The translations under genes and the position numbers were made by a program. From NCBI GenBank assembly GCA_017656135.1, contig JACDOJ010000002.1, forward strand, positions 65,120 through 129,119: DNA of 64,000 bases. Reading direction: 5' to 3'. Shown here piece by piece: positions 46,393 through 57,596 of this stretch. This DNA is from Bacillota bacterium. Lineage in GTDB: Bacteria; Bacillota; UBA5301. Every line of letters starts with the position of its first letter. Positions within the stretch are counted from its first letter, which is position 1. The notes under the pieces were generated by a model. The model did no database searches, had not been told where the DNA came from, and saw nothing but the letters and a program-made list of their open reading frames with translations.

Positions 46393-47344
46393 GAAAAAAC
46401 TGGAGGTGACCGTTGTTCCGGAAGCGGCCAACCAGCGTTTAGACAAGTACCTGGCCCAACTTCCTGAGGTCCCCTCTCGCTCTTACGCTGAGAAAGCCAT
46501 CTCAGAGGGTTTGATCACCGTCAACGGAGAGCAGGTCAAACGGAGCTATAAGGTATGCGCCGGGGATCGGATTTCTGTGGTGCTTCCTCCTCCCAAGGAA
46601 ATCTCTTTGGAACCTGAACCCATTCCCCTGAAGGTCCTCTATGAAGATGCTGACCTGATCATTGTTGACAAACCCAGAGGCATGGTGGTGCACCCGGCGG
46701 CGGGACATGAAAGCCGGACTTTGGTCAATGCCCTTTTGTACCACGCCGACGATCTCTCCGGCATTGGAGGAGAGTTGCGCCCCGGCATCGTCCACCGCTT
46801 GGACAAAGATACAACTGGACTTTTGGTCGCCGCCAAAAATGATTTCACCCACCTGGCCCTCTCTAAGGCTCTTAAAGCCAGGGAGATTCATCGCTGGTAT
46901 TTGGCTCTGGTCCACGGCCGGCCTAAGGCGGAGGAAGGGAGCATTGAAGCTCCGGTGGGTCGGCATCCGGTGAATCGGAAAAAGATGGCGGTTACTGCCG
47001 GTGGCAGGCCCGCCTTCACCAGATATCGGGTTCTTGAGACTTATGGCGAATACTCTCTTCTTCAGTTAAAGCTGAAGACCGGCCGGACCCACCAGATCAG
47101 AGTGCACCTGGCCTATATTGGTCTGCCGGTGGTCGCCGATCCGGTCTACGGGAAAGGCGGGGAATTGGGCCTTGCCGGACAGGCTCTACACGCCTTCAGA
47201 CTACGGTTGATTCACCCGAGAAGTGGGGAGCTCCTGGATTATTACACACCTCCTCCCGCCGACTTTCAAAGGGCCCTGGGGGACATCGGCGGTTTGTCAC
47301 CCGATTATGCACAACTGGCAGTTGACAACTGGGGTTTGGACTGA
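46379..47344 (+). CDS. rluD: RluA/RluD-family pseudouridine synthase
   Basis: S4 domain, KPRGMVVHP, HRLDKDTTG, TGRTHQIRVH. Confidence 0.93.
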   Translation: MSRAEKKLEVTVVPEAANQRLDKYLAQLPEVPSRSYAEKAISEGLITVNGEQVKRSYKVCAGDRISVVLPPPKEISLEPEPIPLKVLYEDADLIIVDKPRGMVVHPAAGHESRTLVNALLYHADDLSGIGGELRPGIVHRLDKDTTGLLVAAKNDFTHLALSKALKAREIHRWYLALVHGRPKAEEGSIEAPVGRHPVNRKKMAVTAGGRPAFTRYRVLETYGEYSLLQLKLKTGRTHQIRVHLAYIGLPVVADPVYGKGGELGLAGQALHAFRLRLIHPRSGELLDYYTPPPADFQRALGDIGGLSPDYAQLAVDNWGLD

Positions 47345-47350
47345 TACACT
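47322..47350 (+). promoter_or_regulatory. SigA promoter of the pyrR operon
   Basis: TTGACA, 17 bp, TACACT with an extended-10 TG. Confidence 0.75.
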
Positions 47351-47376
47351 AACATAGAAAATGAATAACCGAAGCA

Positions 47377-48057
<681 letters not shown>

Positions 48058-48081
48058 AACAAATCTGAGGGGGAAAGTGAA

Positions 48082-49329
48082 ATGAGAGATTCGGAGACAA
48101 AAACTGCTGTCCAGGAAGTCGCTGCTGCTGCCGCTACCCTGTCGGCTACAGGGATAGTTACCACTGAGAGCGATATTGGTCTGAAGAAAGAACTTATCTT
48201 GGCCGTCCAACACACCATAGCCATGTTCGGAGCGACTGTCTTGGTGCCGTTCTTGACAGGTTTGAGTCCGACTGTGGCTCTTTTCACCGCCGGCTTAGGA
48301 ACCCTAATTTTTCACTTGATCACCAAAGGCATGGTTCCGGTCTTTCTAGGAAGTTCCTTCGCCTTTATCGCTCCAATTTTAGCCGTCAAAGAAAACTTTG
48401 GACTTCCCTATGCCACCGGGGGGATTATGGTTGCCGGTCTGGTTTACGTAGCCATGTCCCTGGTGATCAAATTACTCGGGGTTGAACGGGTTAGGAGCTT
48501 CTTCCCGCCGACGGTAACCGGTCCAGTGATCATGGTGATCGGGTTGACTCTGGCTCCGGTAGCCATCGATATGGCGAAGGAAAACTGGGTGGTTGCCATC
48601 ATCGTATTGATCTCTGTGATCCTCTCCTCGGTCTTCATGAAAGGTTTCTTTAAGATGGTTCCGATTCTCATTGGGGTGGTCGTCGGGTATCTTGCCAGCA
48701 TGCTCTTGGGTATCGTTGATTTTGAGGCCATTAAGAACGCCGCTGTCTTTGCCGTTCCCGACTTCATGGCGCCCAAATTCAGCTGGGGTGCGATCGCCAT
48801 AGTGGCACCTGTCGCTCTGGTCACTATGATGGAGCACATCGGAGATATCATGACCAACGGAGCGGTAGTCAAAAAAGACTTTCTGGTGAAACCAGGGCTG
48901 CATAGGACCATGCTCGGCGACGGTTTGGCTACCATGGCGGCTGCACTTCTCGGCGGACCGGCTAACACTACTTACAGTGAGAATACCGGTGTTTTGGCCC
49001 TGACAAAAGTCTACGATCCGAAGATCCTGCGCTATGCTGCTATTTTCGCCATTGCTTTGAGTTTCGTCGGGAAACTAGGTGCCATTATCCAAACCATTCC
49101 TACGCCGGTCATGGGCGGCATCTGTATCTTGCTCTTCGGTATGATTGCATCTATCGGTATGCGCACTGTAGCCGAGAGGGTGGATTTCTCCCACTCCCGA
49201 AACCTCATCATCTCAGCGGTGATTCTGGTCTTCGGTCTGAGCGGCGTAGAGATCTTAGGCTTATCTGGTATGAGCCTGGCAGCGGTTCTTGGAGTCATCC
49301 TAAACAAGCTTCTCCCTGAAGAGGTTTGA
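48082..49329 (+). CDS. uraA: Uracil permease (NCS2)
   Basis: QHTIAMFGAT, FLGSSFAF, EHIGD, NTTYSENTGV. Confidence 0.93.
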   Translation: MRDSETKTAVQEVAAAAATLSATGIVTTESDIGLKKELILAVQHTIAMFGATVLVPFLTGLSPTVALFTAGLGTLIFHLITKGMVPVFLGSSFAFIAPILAVKENFGLPYATGGIMVAGLVYVAMSLVIKLLGVERVRSFFPPTVTGPVIMVIGLTLAPVAIDMAKENWVVAIIVLISVILSSVFMKGFFKMVPILIGVVVGYLASMLLGIVDFEAIKNAAVFAVPDFMAPKFSWGAIAIVAPVALVTMMEHIGDIMTNGAVVKKDFLVKPGLHRTMLGDGLATMAAALLGGPANTTYSENTGVLALTKVYDPKILRYAAIFAIALSFVGKLGAIIQTIPTPVMGGICILLFGMIASIGMRTVAERVDFSHSRNLIISAVILVFGLSGVEILGLSGMSLAAVLGVILNKLLPEEV

Positions 49330-49377
49330 TTATAAATATACATAAATGTTGCATAATTATACAACAAGTGGTAGAAT
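49327..49377 (+). promoter_or_regulatory. Tandem ARG boxes overlapping an internal SigA promoter of carAB
   Basis: Cores ATTATAAATATACA (49329-49342) and TGCATAATTATACA (49350-49363) are 21 bp apart; TTGCAT (49349), 17 bp, TAGAAT (49372) with an extended-10 TG. Confidence 0.75.
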
Positions 49378-49414
49378 TGGTTTAGCAAATGGGCTGATGG
49401 GAGAGGTGACCACT

Positions 49415-50515
49415 GTGAAAAAGACCAAAGGCATCATCCTTCTGGAGGATGGCACCACATTTTCCGGGGAGATAGCCACTTCCAGCGGTGAACCGATCAT
49501 CGGGGAACTGGTCTTCAATACCAACATGGTCGGCTACCAAGAGGTTTTAACTGACCCTTCCTACGCCGGTCAGCTGGTGGTGATGACTTACCCCCTGATC
49601 GGAAACTACGGTGTCTCCCCCCTCTATTCTCAATCCCCCAAGGTTCAGACAAAAGGGCTTATTGTCCGCGAACTGTGGGGAGAGGCTGAATACCGTCCAG
49701 CCAGGATACAGTTGGAGGAGTTTCTGGCCATCCATGGGACTCCGGTGGTCACTGGGGTTGATACCAGAGCTCTCACTAGGCACCTGCGGAAGGCCGGAAC
49801 AATGAAAGGCGTCTGCGCCTCCGCTGAATATTCCCTGGACGAACTGAGGGAGATGTTGGAAGCGGCCCCTGACTTCGGGAGCCTGAACTTTCTTCCGGAG
49901 GTGTCCTGTAGCGAACCTACCTACTACTCTGTCCAAAAAGAATGTGGTAAGATAGCCATCATCGACTTGGGGCTGAAGAAGGGAATCTTACACTCTTTCT
50001 TAGAACGAGGGTATTCAGTGGTCGTTTTGCCCTTTTCAACCACCCCCCAAGAGGTGCTGAGTCTCGATGTAGATGGGGTTCTCTTCTCCAACGGACCTGG
50101 GAACCCGGCTCTCTTGAGAGAACAGGTTCAACTGGCCAAGTCGCTTATCGGGAAGTTGCCGGTCTTCGGCATCTGTCTCGGACACCAGATTATTGCTCTG
50201 GCCTTAGGAGCTAAGACCTACAAACTCAAGTTCGGTCACCGAGGGGGAAACCACCCGGTAAGAGATCTGGAGACCGGAAAGGTCTATATCACCGCCCAGA
50301 ACCACGGGTATGCGGTGGATGAGGAGAGTCTGGCCGGAACCGGGCTTGTGGTCACCCACCGCAATCTCAACGACGATACCGTCGAAGGCTTAGTTCATCA
50401 GTATCTGCCGGTGGTCAGTGTCCAATTCCATCCCGAGGGGAGCCCCGGGACTTTAGATGCAACCCACCTCTTCGATCGGTTCATCCATTACTTACCGGAA
50501 GCAAAAGCCAGTTAA
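49415..50515 (+). CDS. carA: Carbamoyl-phosphate synthase small subunit
   Basis: GYQEVLTDPSY, SNGPGNP, GICLGHQ, QFHPE; GAGGTG RBS before GTG at 49415. Confidence 0.97.
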   Translation: MKKTKGIILLEDGTTFSGEIATSSGEPIIGELVFNTNMVGYQEVLTDPSYAGQLVVMTYPLIGNYGVSPLYSQSPKVQTKGLIVRELWGEAEYRPARIQLEEFLAIHGTPVVTGVDTRALTRHLRKAGTMKGVCASAEYSLDELREMLEAAPDFGSLNFLPEVSCSEPTYYSVQKECGKIAIIDLGLKKGILHSFLERGYSVVVLPFSTTPQEVLSLDVDGVLFSNGPGNPALLREQVQLAKSLIGKLPVFGICLGHQIIALALGAKTYKLKFGHRGGNHPVRDLETGKVYITAQNHGYAVDEESLAGTGLVVTHRNLNDDTVEGLVHQYLPVVSVQFHPEGSPGTLDATHLFDRFIHYLPEAKAS

Positions 50516-50542
50516 TGGAAGTAGGGAGGAGCAGCCAGTTTA

Positions 50543-53500
50543 ATGTCCACAGCTAAAACAGTGCACAAGGTCCTGGTTATTGGGTCTGGCCCGATCATCA
50601 TCGGCCAGGCAGCAGAGTTCGATTACGCAGGCACTCAAGCCTGCCGAGCCCTGAAAGAAGAGGGTTTGGAAGTCGTTTTAATTAACAGCAATCCTGCTAC
50701 AATCATGACCGATCTGAACATCGCCGACCGGGTCTATCTGGAACCTTTGACCCTGGAGTATGCCAAACAGGTCATTGAGGAGGAAAGACCCGATGGACTC
50801 CTTCCCACTCTAGGCGGTCAGGTTGGGCTGAACCTGGTGGTAGAGCTCTCTGAGGCCGGCATTTTAGAACGCTACGGGGTTAAGCTTTTAGGAACCCCCT
50901 TGGAGGCAATCCAGAGGGCAGAGGACAGAGAGAAATTTAAGAGAACCATGGAGGAGATCGGTGAACCGGTGCCTCCCTCCAGCATCGTCTCTTCCGTGGA
51001 AGAAGCCAAGGCTTTTGCCGCTAAAGTCGGTTATCCGGTCATTGTACGCCCTGCTTACACCTTGGGAGGGACCGGCGGAGGCATCGCCTCTTCCGCAGCC
51101 GAACTAGAGGAGGTGGCGGCCAGGGGGCTTCACTATAGCCCCATCCACCAGGTCTTAGTGGAAAAAAGCGTCGCCGGCTGGAAGGAAATCGAGTTTGAGG
51201 TTCTCCGGGATGCCAAGGACAACTGTATCGCCGTCTGCAGCATGGAAAATATCGATCCAGTGGGCATCCACACCGGAGATTCTATCGTGGTGGCGCCGGC
51301 TTTAACCTTGAACAATATGGAGTATCAAGTGCTCCGCAGCGCCTCCCTGAAAATCATCCGGGCTCTGGGGATTGAGGGGGGCTGCAATATCCAGTTTGCC
51401 TTGCACCCAGAACGCCTGGAGTACTACCTGATTGAGGTTAATCCAAGGGTTAGCCGGTCTTCAGCCTTAGCCTCCAAGGCCACCGGATATCCCATCGCCA
51501 AGGTGGCCGCTAAGATTGCCGTAGGCCGCGGCCTGGATGAGATCTTGAACCCAGTCACCCAAAAGACCTACGCCTGTTTTGAACCAAGCATTGATTATGT
51601 GGTGGTCAAGTGGCCGAGGTGGCCTTTTGACAAGTTTACGGCCGCTGACACCTCTCTTGGTACCCAGATGAAAGCCACTGGAGAGGTTATGGCTATCGAC
51701 CGTTCTCTGGAAGCCGCTCTCCTCAAGGCCGTTCGTTCCCTGGAAATCGGGACAGAAGGTCTTTGGCTGCCGGAGATCGCCGAGGCTTCCCAAAAGGAGC
51801 TGGAGGAGACTTGCCGGTGCCCGAATCACCTCAGGCTTTTCGCTGTGGCTGAGCTCCTCAGGAGGGGTAAGAGCCTCCAGTGGCTTGCCCAGGAGACTGG
51901 CATCAACGAGTTTTTCTTACGGCGGATTCAAAAAATAGTGGAAATGGAGAACAGCCTCAAAGCTGCCGACGGGGAGCTTTCCGCCGAGTTGCTCTGGTCA
52001 GCTAAACGATTGGGTTTCGCCGACGGGGAGATCGGCCGCTTAGTGGGAAAAAGGCACCAAGAAATCAGGTCTATGCGCTTGGATGTCGGTTTCCGGCCGG
52101 TCTATAAGATGGTGGATACCTGTGCCGGAGAATTCGAGGCTCATACCCCCTACTTCTATTCTACCTACGAGTCGGAAGACGAGGCCCAGTACACTCCCAG
52201 ACCAAAGGTCATTGTTTTGGGCTCGGGTCCGATCCGCATCGGCCAGGGTATAGAGTTCGACTACTGCAGTGTTCACTCGGTCTGGGCTCTGAAGGAAGCG
52301 GGTTTTGACGCCTACATCATCAACAACAATCCAGAGACAGTGAGCACCGATTTTGATACCTCTGACCGCCTCTACTTTGAACCACTGACCCTTGAGGATG
52401 TGCTCAATGTAGTGGATAAAGAGAAGCCGGAGGGTGTGATCGTCCAGTTCGGTGGCCAAACCGCCATTAACCTATCTGTGCCTCTGAAAGAAGCTGGGGT
52501 AAAAATCTTAGGAACCAGTGTGGATTCCATTGACCGGGCTGAAGACCGGGAGCGTTTTGATCAGTTGCTTGGGGATCTGAAGATACCTAGGCCGGCCGGA
52601 GGAACGGCTCGTTCAGTGACAGAGGCCGTTCAGATTGCCGGTAAGATCGGATATCCCGTCTTAGTCAGGCCCTCTTATGTCCTGGGCGGCCGGGCCATGG
52701 AGATTGTCTCCACCGAATCCGAGCTGTTGGAGTATATGACTAACGCCGTCAAGGTCTCTCCCCATCACCCGGTTTTGATCGACAAGTACCTTTTAGGCAG
52801 AGAGATTGAGGTCGATGCCATCTGTGACGGCAGCGAGATTCTCATACCCGGAATCATGGAACACATCGAGCGGGCCGGGGTTCATTCCGGTGACAGCATG
52901 GCGGTCTACCCGGCTTTAGGCCTTGATTCCAAGGTTAAAGACCAGATTGTTGAGTATAGCCGGAAAATCGCCGCTGCCCTGGAAGTTCGGGGCCTAGTAA
53001 ACATCCAATACGTGTTGCACCAGGGGAAACTCTATGTTTTAGAAGTCAACCCCAGGGCCAGTCGGACGATACCGTATTTGAGCAAGGTCACCGGAATTCC
53101 CATGGTCAAGGTAGCCACCGAAACCATCCTGGGCAAAAGCCTACGGGAGCTGGGCTACAAGCCGGGCCTCTGGCCGGAGAAAAGTTTCTATGCCGTCAAA
53201 GTACCGGTCTTCTCCTTTAATAAGCTGGCTGAGGTTGAAACTTCTTTAGGTCCAGAGATGAAGTCCACCGGCGAGGTCTTAGGGGTAGACCCTGACTACT
53301 ATACCGCCTTATACAAGGGGCTAGCCGCAGCCGGAATCAACCTCCGGGAGGTTCCCAAAACGGTGCTGTTGTCGGTGAACGAGCGTTCTAGGCCGGAGTT
53401 GGCAGAGGTGGCCGCTGACCTCACCTCTTTGGGGTTCTCTCTCTTAGCCACCCCGGGAACTGCTGCTTGGCTGGCCAAGCAGGGATTCTCGGTTCAGGAG

Positions 53501-53746
53501 GTTCCAAAAGAAAGCTCACCGGACAGTCCCGTATTCTCTCTGCTCAAGCAGGGGAAAATTGGCATGGTAGTGAATACCACTACCCGAGGCAAAGCCGGTG
53601 AGCGGTTTGGTTTCCGCCTGCGAAGGCGCTGTGCCGAGCTGGGTGTGCCTTGTTTCACTTCCCTGGATACAGCTAAAGCCGCTGTAGAGGCTTTGATCCG
53701 TTCGGTTCCCGAGCCTCGGAGCCGAGCTTTGCAAGCATATCTGTAA
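50543..53746 (+). CDS. carB: Carbamoyl-phosphate synthase large subunit
   Basis: [17 protein letters not shown], duplicated ATP-grasp domains, C-terminal MGS domain. Confidence 0.98.
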   Translation: MSTAKTVHKVLVIGSGPIIIGQAAEFDYAGTQACRALKEEGLEVVLINSNPATIMTDLNIADRVYLEPLTLEYAKQVIEEERPDGLLPTLGGQVGLNLVVELSEAGILERYGVKLLGTPLEAIQRAEDREKFKRTMEEIGEPVPPSSIVSSVEEAKAFAAKVGYPVIVRPAYTLGGTGGGIASSAAELEEVAARGLHYSPIHQVLVEKSVAGWKEIEFEVLRDAKDNCIAVCSMENIDPVGIHTGDSIVVAPALTLNNMEYQVLRSASLKIIRALGIEGGCNIQFALHPERLEYYLIEVNPRVSRSSALASKATGYPIAKVAAKIAVGRGLDEILNPVTQKTYACFEPSIDYVVVKWPRWPFDKFTAADTSLGTQMKATGEVMAIDRSLEAALLKAVRSLEIGTEGLWLPEIAEASQKELEETCRCPNHLRLFAVAELLRRGKSLQWLAQETGINEFFLRRIQKIVEMENSLKAADGELSAELLWSAKRLGFADGEIGRLVGKRHQEIRSMRLDVGFRPVYKMVDTCAGEFEAHTPYFYSTYESEDEAQYTPRPKVIVLGSGPIRIGQGIEFDYCSVHSVWALKEAGFDAYIINNNPETVSTDFDTSDRLYFEPLTLEDVLNVVDKEKPEGVIVQFGGQTAINLSVPLKEAGVKILGTSVDSIDRAEDRERFDQLLGDLKIPRPAGGTARSVTEAVQIAGKIGYPVLVRPSYVLGGRAMEIVSTESELLEYMTNAVKVSPHHPVLIDKYLLGREIEVDAICDGSEILIPGIMEHIERAGVHSGDSMAVYPALGLDSKVKDQIVEYSRKIAAALEVRGLVNIQYVLHQGKLYVLEVNPRASRTIPYLSKVTGIPMVKVATETILGKSLRELGYKPGLWPEKSFYAVKVPVFSFNKLAEVETSLGPEMKSTGEVLGVDPDYYTALYKGLAAAGINLREVPKTVLLSVNERSRPELAEVAADLTSLGFSLLATPGTAAWLAKQGFSVQEVPKESSPDSPVFSLLKQGKIGMVVNTTTRGKAGERFGFRLRRRCAELGVPCFTSLDTAKAAVEALIRSVPEPRSRALQAYL

Positions 53747-53760
53747 AGGAGGACCAGTCC

Positions 53761-54264
53761 TTGAAGATTGGTGTGGTAATGGGCAGCGATTCAGATTTGG
53801 AGAAGGTAAAGAAGGCCTTTGCGGTCTGGGATGAGCTTGAGGTTGAGTATGAGGTAGATGTAATCTCGGCCCACCGGACCCCGGACCTGGCACTCCGGTA
53901 TGCTGAGACTGCCGAGGAGCGGGGCATAGGTGTGATTGTTGCCGCCGCCGGCTTAGCTGCCCACTTGCCAGGTGTCTTGGCGGCTAAAACGGTTCTGCCC
54001 GTTATTGGGCTACCGGTGGGAGCAGGACCTCTGGCGGGCACTGATGCCCTTTACTCTATAGTGCAAATGCCTCCGGGCATTCCGGTGGCAACAGTTGGTA
54101 TTGATAATCCGGTGAACGCAGCGTACCTTGCGGTCCAGATCCTGGCGGTTTCAGACGGTCGACTCAGGGAGAAGCTGCGCCGGTACCGGCAGGGTCTGGA
54201 AGAGAAAATCCGAGCCAAGAACCAAGGGCTGCGGGTTCAAGGGTTAAAAGGTTTTGTCCGCTAG
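53761..54264 (+). CDS. purE: AIR carboxylase / N5-CAIR mutase
   Basis: MGSDSD, SAHRTP, AGLAAHLPG, VQMPPGIPVATV. Confidence 0.96.
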   Translation: MKIGVVMGSDSDLEKVKKAFAVWDELEVEYEVDVISAHRTPDLALRYAETAEERGIGVIVAAAGLAAHLPGVLAAKTVLPVIGLPVGAGPLAGTDALYSIVQMPPGIPVATVGIDNPVNAAYLAVQILAVSDGRLREKLRRYRQGLEEKIRAKNQGLRVQGLKGFVR

Positions 54265-54268
54265 AGTA

Positions 54269-54297
54269 TTGACTATTTTGGGATGCTCTGGTAGTAT
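54269..54297 (+). promoter_or_regulatory. SigA promoter of the pur operon
   Basis: TTGACT, 17 bp, TAGTAT with an extended-10 TG. Confidence 0.75.
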
Positions 54298-54318
54298 GAA
54301 AACGTCCAAGTGAATATG

Positions 54319-54455
54319 ATGAAGTGCACCTAGGGTTCCGCTGGTATTCCAGGTCTGGTCCAAGTGGTGCAGGCGCCTCTGGCGCTACACCCTAGAGGGA
54401 TAAAAGCCCGGGCGGGTAGGTTCGAGTATGTGACCTACTCGCCTTCTGTTTTTTC
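54319..54455 (+). promoter_or_regulatory. ykkC-type riboswitch, PRPP class (subtype 2b), with overlapping terminator
   Basis: GAAGTGCACCTAGGGTTCCG...GGTCCAAGTGGTGCA...ACACC...GGGATAAAAGCCCGGGCGG; terminator GGCGGGTAGGT/ACCTACTCGCC + TTCTGTTTTTT overlaps the aptamer 3' end (ON switch); upstream of de novo purine genes. Confidence 0.85.
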
Positions 54456-54490
54456 TGGGGTGAACTATCAAACTGCAGGAGGAGATGTGT

Positions 54491-55885
54491 TTGGAGCGGG
54501 AGATCTTTGCCAACATTAGTCCGTTGGACCACCGGTATTCGGTGGGCAATGAAGAACTCTGGCAGCGGATGTCCGACTATCTCTCGGAGGAAGCGGCCAT
54601 CAGGTATCTGGCTAAGGTAGAGGCGGCTTTGGCCAAGGCCTTGGCGGCCCAAGGAGTTGCCCCCGAGGAGGCGGCAGAAGAGATCAGCCGGGCAGCCGGG
54701 GAAGTCAGGCCGGAAGAGGTCATCGCTGAGGAAGCCAAAACCAGGCACAACATCAGAGCCCTGGTCAACGTCATTCAGGCTAAGGTCAGTCCACAGGTCC
54801 GGCCCTGGGTTCACTTCACGGCTACCTCAGCTGACATCATCGACAGCGCCAATGCCTTGAGGTACAAGGAATTTACCAGAGATGTTCTCTTGCCCCAGTT
54901 GAAAGAGTTAATCGGCACTTTAGTTGAAATGGCCCAGCGGGAAAAAGACACTCTCCAGGTGGGCCGGACCCACGGCCAGCATGCAGTTCCGATTACCTTT
55001 GGGTACTACTTGGCCGGGTACGTCCAGCGCCTAGGCACGAGTTACCAGCGCATCCAAGAGGCGGCCGAAAACCTGCGGGGCAAGATGGCCGGAGCGGTGG
55101 GAGCCTACAATGCCTCCTCCTTAGTAGTGGAGGATCCCCTGGCTTTGGAGGAGCAGGTCATGGCGGAGTTGGGTATAAAGGCTTCACCCTTTGCCACCCA
55201 AGTGGTGGAGGCCGAGTACATGTTGGCCCTGATGCACGAGTACGTCACTTGCCTGGGAATTTTGGCCAACTTCGCTGATGACATGCGCCACTTGCAGCGT
55301 ACCGAAATTGGCGAGGTGGGTGAGTATTTCGCCCCTGAGCAGGTGGGTTCATCGACCATGCCCCATAAACGCAACCCCTGGAACTACGAGCACGTCAAAT
55401 CCCTTTGGAAAACCTTCCTGCCTCGAATTATGACCGTCTACATGGATCAAATATCCGAACATCAGCGTGACCTCTCTAATAGCGCCAGTTCCCGTTTCCT
55501 GGCTGAACTCGCCGCCGGATGTGTGCTGGCCATGAACCGTCTGAACCAAGTCACCAAAAAGCTTAGAGTCGATGCGGAGGCCATGCGGAGGAATTTCGCT
55601 GCATCCGCTCGCATGATTGTGGCTGAACCCTTGTATATCCTACTGGCTTCCAAAGGCCATCCTGATGCCCATGAGGCTGTGCGGGTTTTAACCCTGGAAG
55701 CGGAGAAGACCGGCCGACCAGTGGTGGAGCTGGCCAAGTCCAAGGCCGAGCTCGAACCGTATCTGGCCCAGTTAACTACTGAACAGTGGAAAGTTCTGGA
55801 GGATCCGGCAGCCTACACGGGTCAGGCCGCCCGCAAAACTGAGCTTATCTGCAACCACTGGATTAGTCAGCTGAACATATCATAA
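54491..55885 (+). CDS. purB: Adenylosuccinate lyase
   Basis: SPLDHRY, GRTHGQHA, GSSTMPHKRNP, HQRDLSNS; heads the pur operon. Confidence 0.93.
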   Translation: MEREIFANISPLDHRYSVGNEELWQRMSDYLSEEAAIRYLAKVEAALAKALAAQGVAPEEAAEEISRAAGEVRPEEVIAEEAKTRHNIRALVNVIQAKVSPQVRPWVHFTATSADIIDSANALRYKEFTRDVLLPQLKELIGTLVEMAQREKDTLQVGRTHGQHAVPITFGYYLAGYVQRLGTSYQRIQEAAENLRGKMAGAVGAYNASSLVVEDPLALEEQVMAELGIKASPFATQVVEAEYMLALMHEYVTCLGILANFADDMRHLQRTEIGEVGEYFAPEQVGSSTMPHKRNPWNYEHVKSLWKTFLPRIMTVYMDQISEHQRDLSNSASSRFLAELAAGCVLAMNRLNQVTKKLRVDAEAMRRNFAASARMIVAEPLYILLASKGHPDAHEAVRVLTLEAEKTGRPVVELAKSKAELEPYLAQLTTEQWKVLEDPAAYTGQAARKTELICNHWISQLNIS

Positions 55886-55907
55886 GAGCCTGGAGGGGGA
55901 GAAAACC

Positions 55908-56621
55908 ATGGAAACAGTAGAAAAAAGGGAACAGCTTTACGAAGGTAAGGCCAAGATCATTTACCAGACCGAGAACCCCGACTACGTCATTATCCACTAC
56001 AAGGATGATGCCACCGCCTTTAACGGGGCGAAAAAAGAGAGCATCCCTGGTAAGGGCGAACTGAACGCCAAGATATCCTCGGTCTTCTTTGAACTCTTGC
56101 ACTCTAAAGGTATACCTACCCACTTCGTGCGCCAGCTGAACGACCACGAACTTTTGGTCCGCAAACTGGAGATCATCCCGGTAGAAGTGGTGATCCGCAA
56201 CATTGCAGCCGGCAGCCTGGTACGGCGGCTAGGTTTAAAGGAGGGCACAAAACTTCCCTTTGTAATCCGAGAGTTCTACTACAAAGATGATGCTTTGGGC
56301 GACCCTCTGGTCAACGAGTACCATCTTCAGGCGATGGGCGTTGCCACCTTTGAACAGCTCTCTGAACTCAGTAGACAAGCCCTGGAGATCAACCGGGTCC
56401 TCCGGGAATTCTTGAGACAGCACCAATTGGACCTGGTCGATTTCAAGCTGGAGTTCGGAATCTTCAACGGCCAGATTCTTCTCGGGGACGAAATCTCACC
56501 TGATACCTGCCGGTTCTGGGATACCGAGACCCATGAAAAACTGGATAAAGACCGTTTTCGCGAGGACCTTGGCGGTTTGACTGAAGCCTACAGCGAGGTC
56601 TACCGCCGGATTATCGGCTAA
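55908..56621 (+). CDS. purC: SAICAR synthetase
   Basis: LYEGKAK, VDFKLEFG, DEISPDTCRFWD, LDKDRFR. Confidence 0.97.
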   Translation: METVEKREQLYEGKAKIIYQTENPDYVIIHYKDDATAFNGAKKESIPGKGELNAKISSVFFELLHSKGIPTHFVRQLNDHELLVRKLEIIPVEVVIRNIAAGSLVRRLGLKEGTKLPFVIREFYYKDDALGDPLVNEYHLQAMGVATFEQLSELSRQALEINRVLREFLRQHQLDLVDFKLEFGIFNGQILLGDEISPDTCRFWDTETHEKLDKDRFREDLGGLTEAYSEVYRRIIG

Positions 56622-56634
56622 GGGGGAAAGGGAC

Positions 56635-56901
56635 GTGTATAAAGCTGAGATCAAAGTCATGTTGAAACCCGGAGTGCTGGATCCCCAAGGCAAGGCTGTG
56701 GCCGGCGGACTCAGCTCTATGGGTTACAACCAGGTGGAGTCCGTCCGGGTCGGCAAGTACATCGAAGTTTTTTTGAGGGCAGATTCCCAGGCGGATGCTG
56801 AGAGGCAGGTGGCTGAAATGACCCACCGCCTTCTGGCTAATCCGGTCATCGAAACCTACCAGTACACTCTGGTGCCGGTGGAAAGCGAGGAGGTCTCATG
56901 A
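56635..56901 (+). CDS. purS: FGAM synthase subunit PurS
   Basis: [18 protein letters not shown]. Confidence 0.96.
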   Translation: MYKAEIKVMLKPGVLDPQGKAVAGGLSSMGYNQVESVRVGKYIEVFLRADSQADAERQVAEMTHRLLANPVIETYQYTLVPVESEEVS

Positions 56902-57596
56902 AAATCGGAATCGTGGTCTATCCAGGCTCCAACTGTGACCGGGACTGCCAGCATGTTTTAGCCGATGTGTTGGGGTTGGATGCCGAGCTGATCTGGCACG
57001 ATCGTACCGACCTTGCCAAATATGACGCCCTAATATTGCCGGGGGGCTTCAGCTACGGGGATTATCTTCGCTCAGGTGCCATCGCCCGGTTCTCTCCGGT
57101 TACCGAAAGTGTTATAAGCGCCGCACAAAAAGGCGTGCCGGTCCTAGGGATCTGTAATGGGTTTCAGGTGCTCCTGGAGGCCGGCCTGCTCCCAGGGGCG
57201 ATGCTGGTTAACGACTCTCTACACTTTCGCTGTCACTCCCAGTACGTCAGGGTAGAGAGGGACCATACTCCCTTCACTTACGGGATTGAGCCGGGAACCG
57301 TTCTGGAGATGCCGGTGGCTCACGGCGAGGGCAACTACTATCTGGACCCGGTGGACCTGGCCGAGTTGGAAGAGAAGGGGCAAGTGATTTTCAGGTACGT
57401 GGATGCTGAGGGAAGGGCCACACCGGAGGCTAATCCCAACGGCTCCGTGAACAACATCGCCGGCATCTGCAACGAACAGGGAAATGTAGTGGGCCTAATG
57501 CCCCACCCTGAGCGGGCCTCAGAGGCCATTTTGGGATCAGCTGACGGTCTAAAGGTCTTTCAAGCATTAATTAAGTTCTGGGAGGCTGGCCAATGA
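56898..57596 (+). CDS. purQ: FGAM synthase subunit PurQ
   Basis: [28 protein letters not shown]. Confidence 0.97.
   Translation: MKIGIVVYPGSNCDRDCQHVLADVLGLDAELIWHDRTDLAKYDALILPGGFSYGDYLRSGAIARFSPVTESVISAAQKGVPVLGICNGFQVLLEAGLLPGAMLVNDSLHFRCHSQYVRVERDHTPFTYGIEPGTVLEMPVAHGEGNYYLDPVDLAELEEKGQVIFRYVDAEGRATPEANPNGSVNNIAGICNEQGNVVGLMPHPERASEAILGSADGLKVFQALIKFWEAGQ

Noticed and set aside
49346-49414. N-terminal extension of CarA shown in the ORF track
   Set aside because: It overlaps the ARG boxes and promoter; the RBS supports GTG at 49415.
54319-54423. Guanidine-I riboswitch
   Set aside because: Same scaffold, but the downstream genes are de novo purine synthesis, not guanidine export or carboxylation, and the flanking extensions fit subtype 2.
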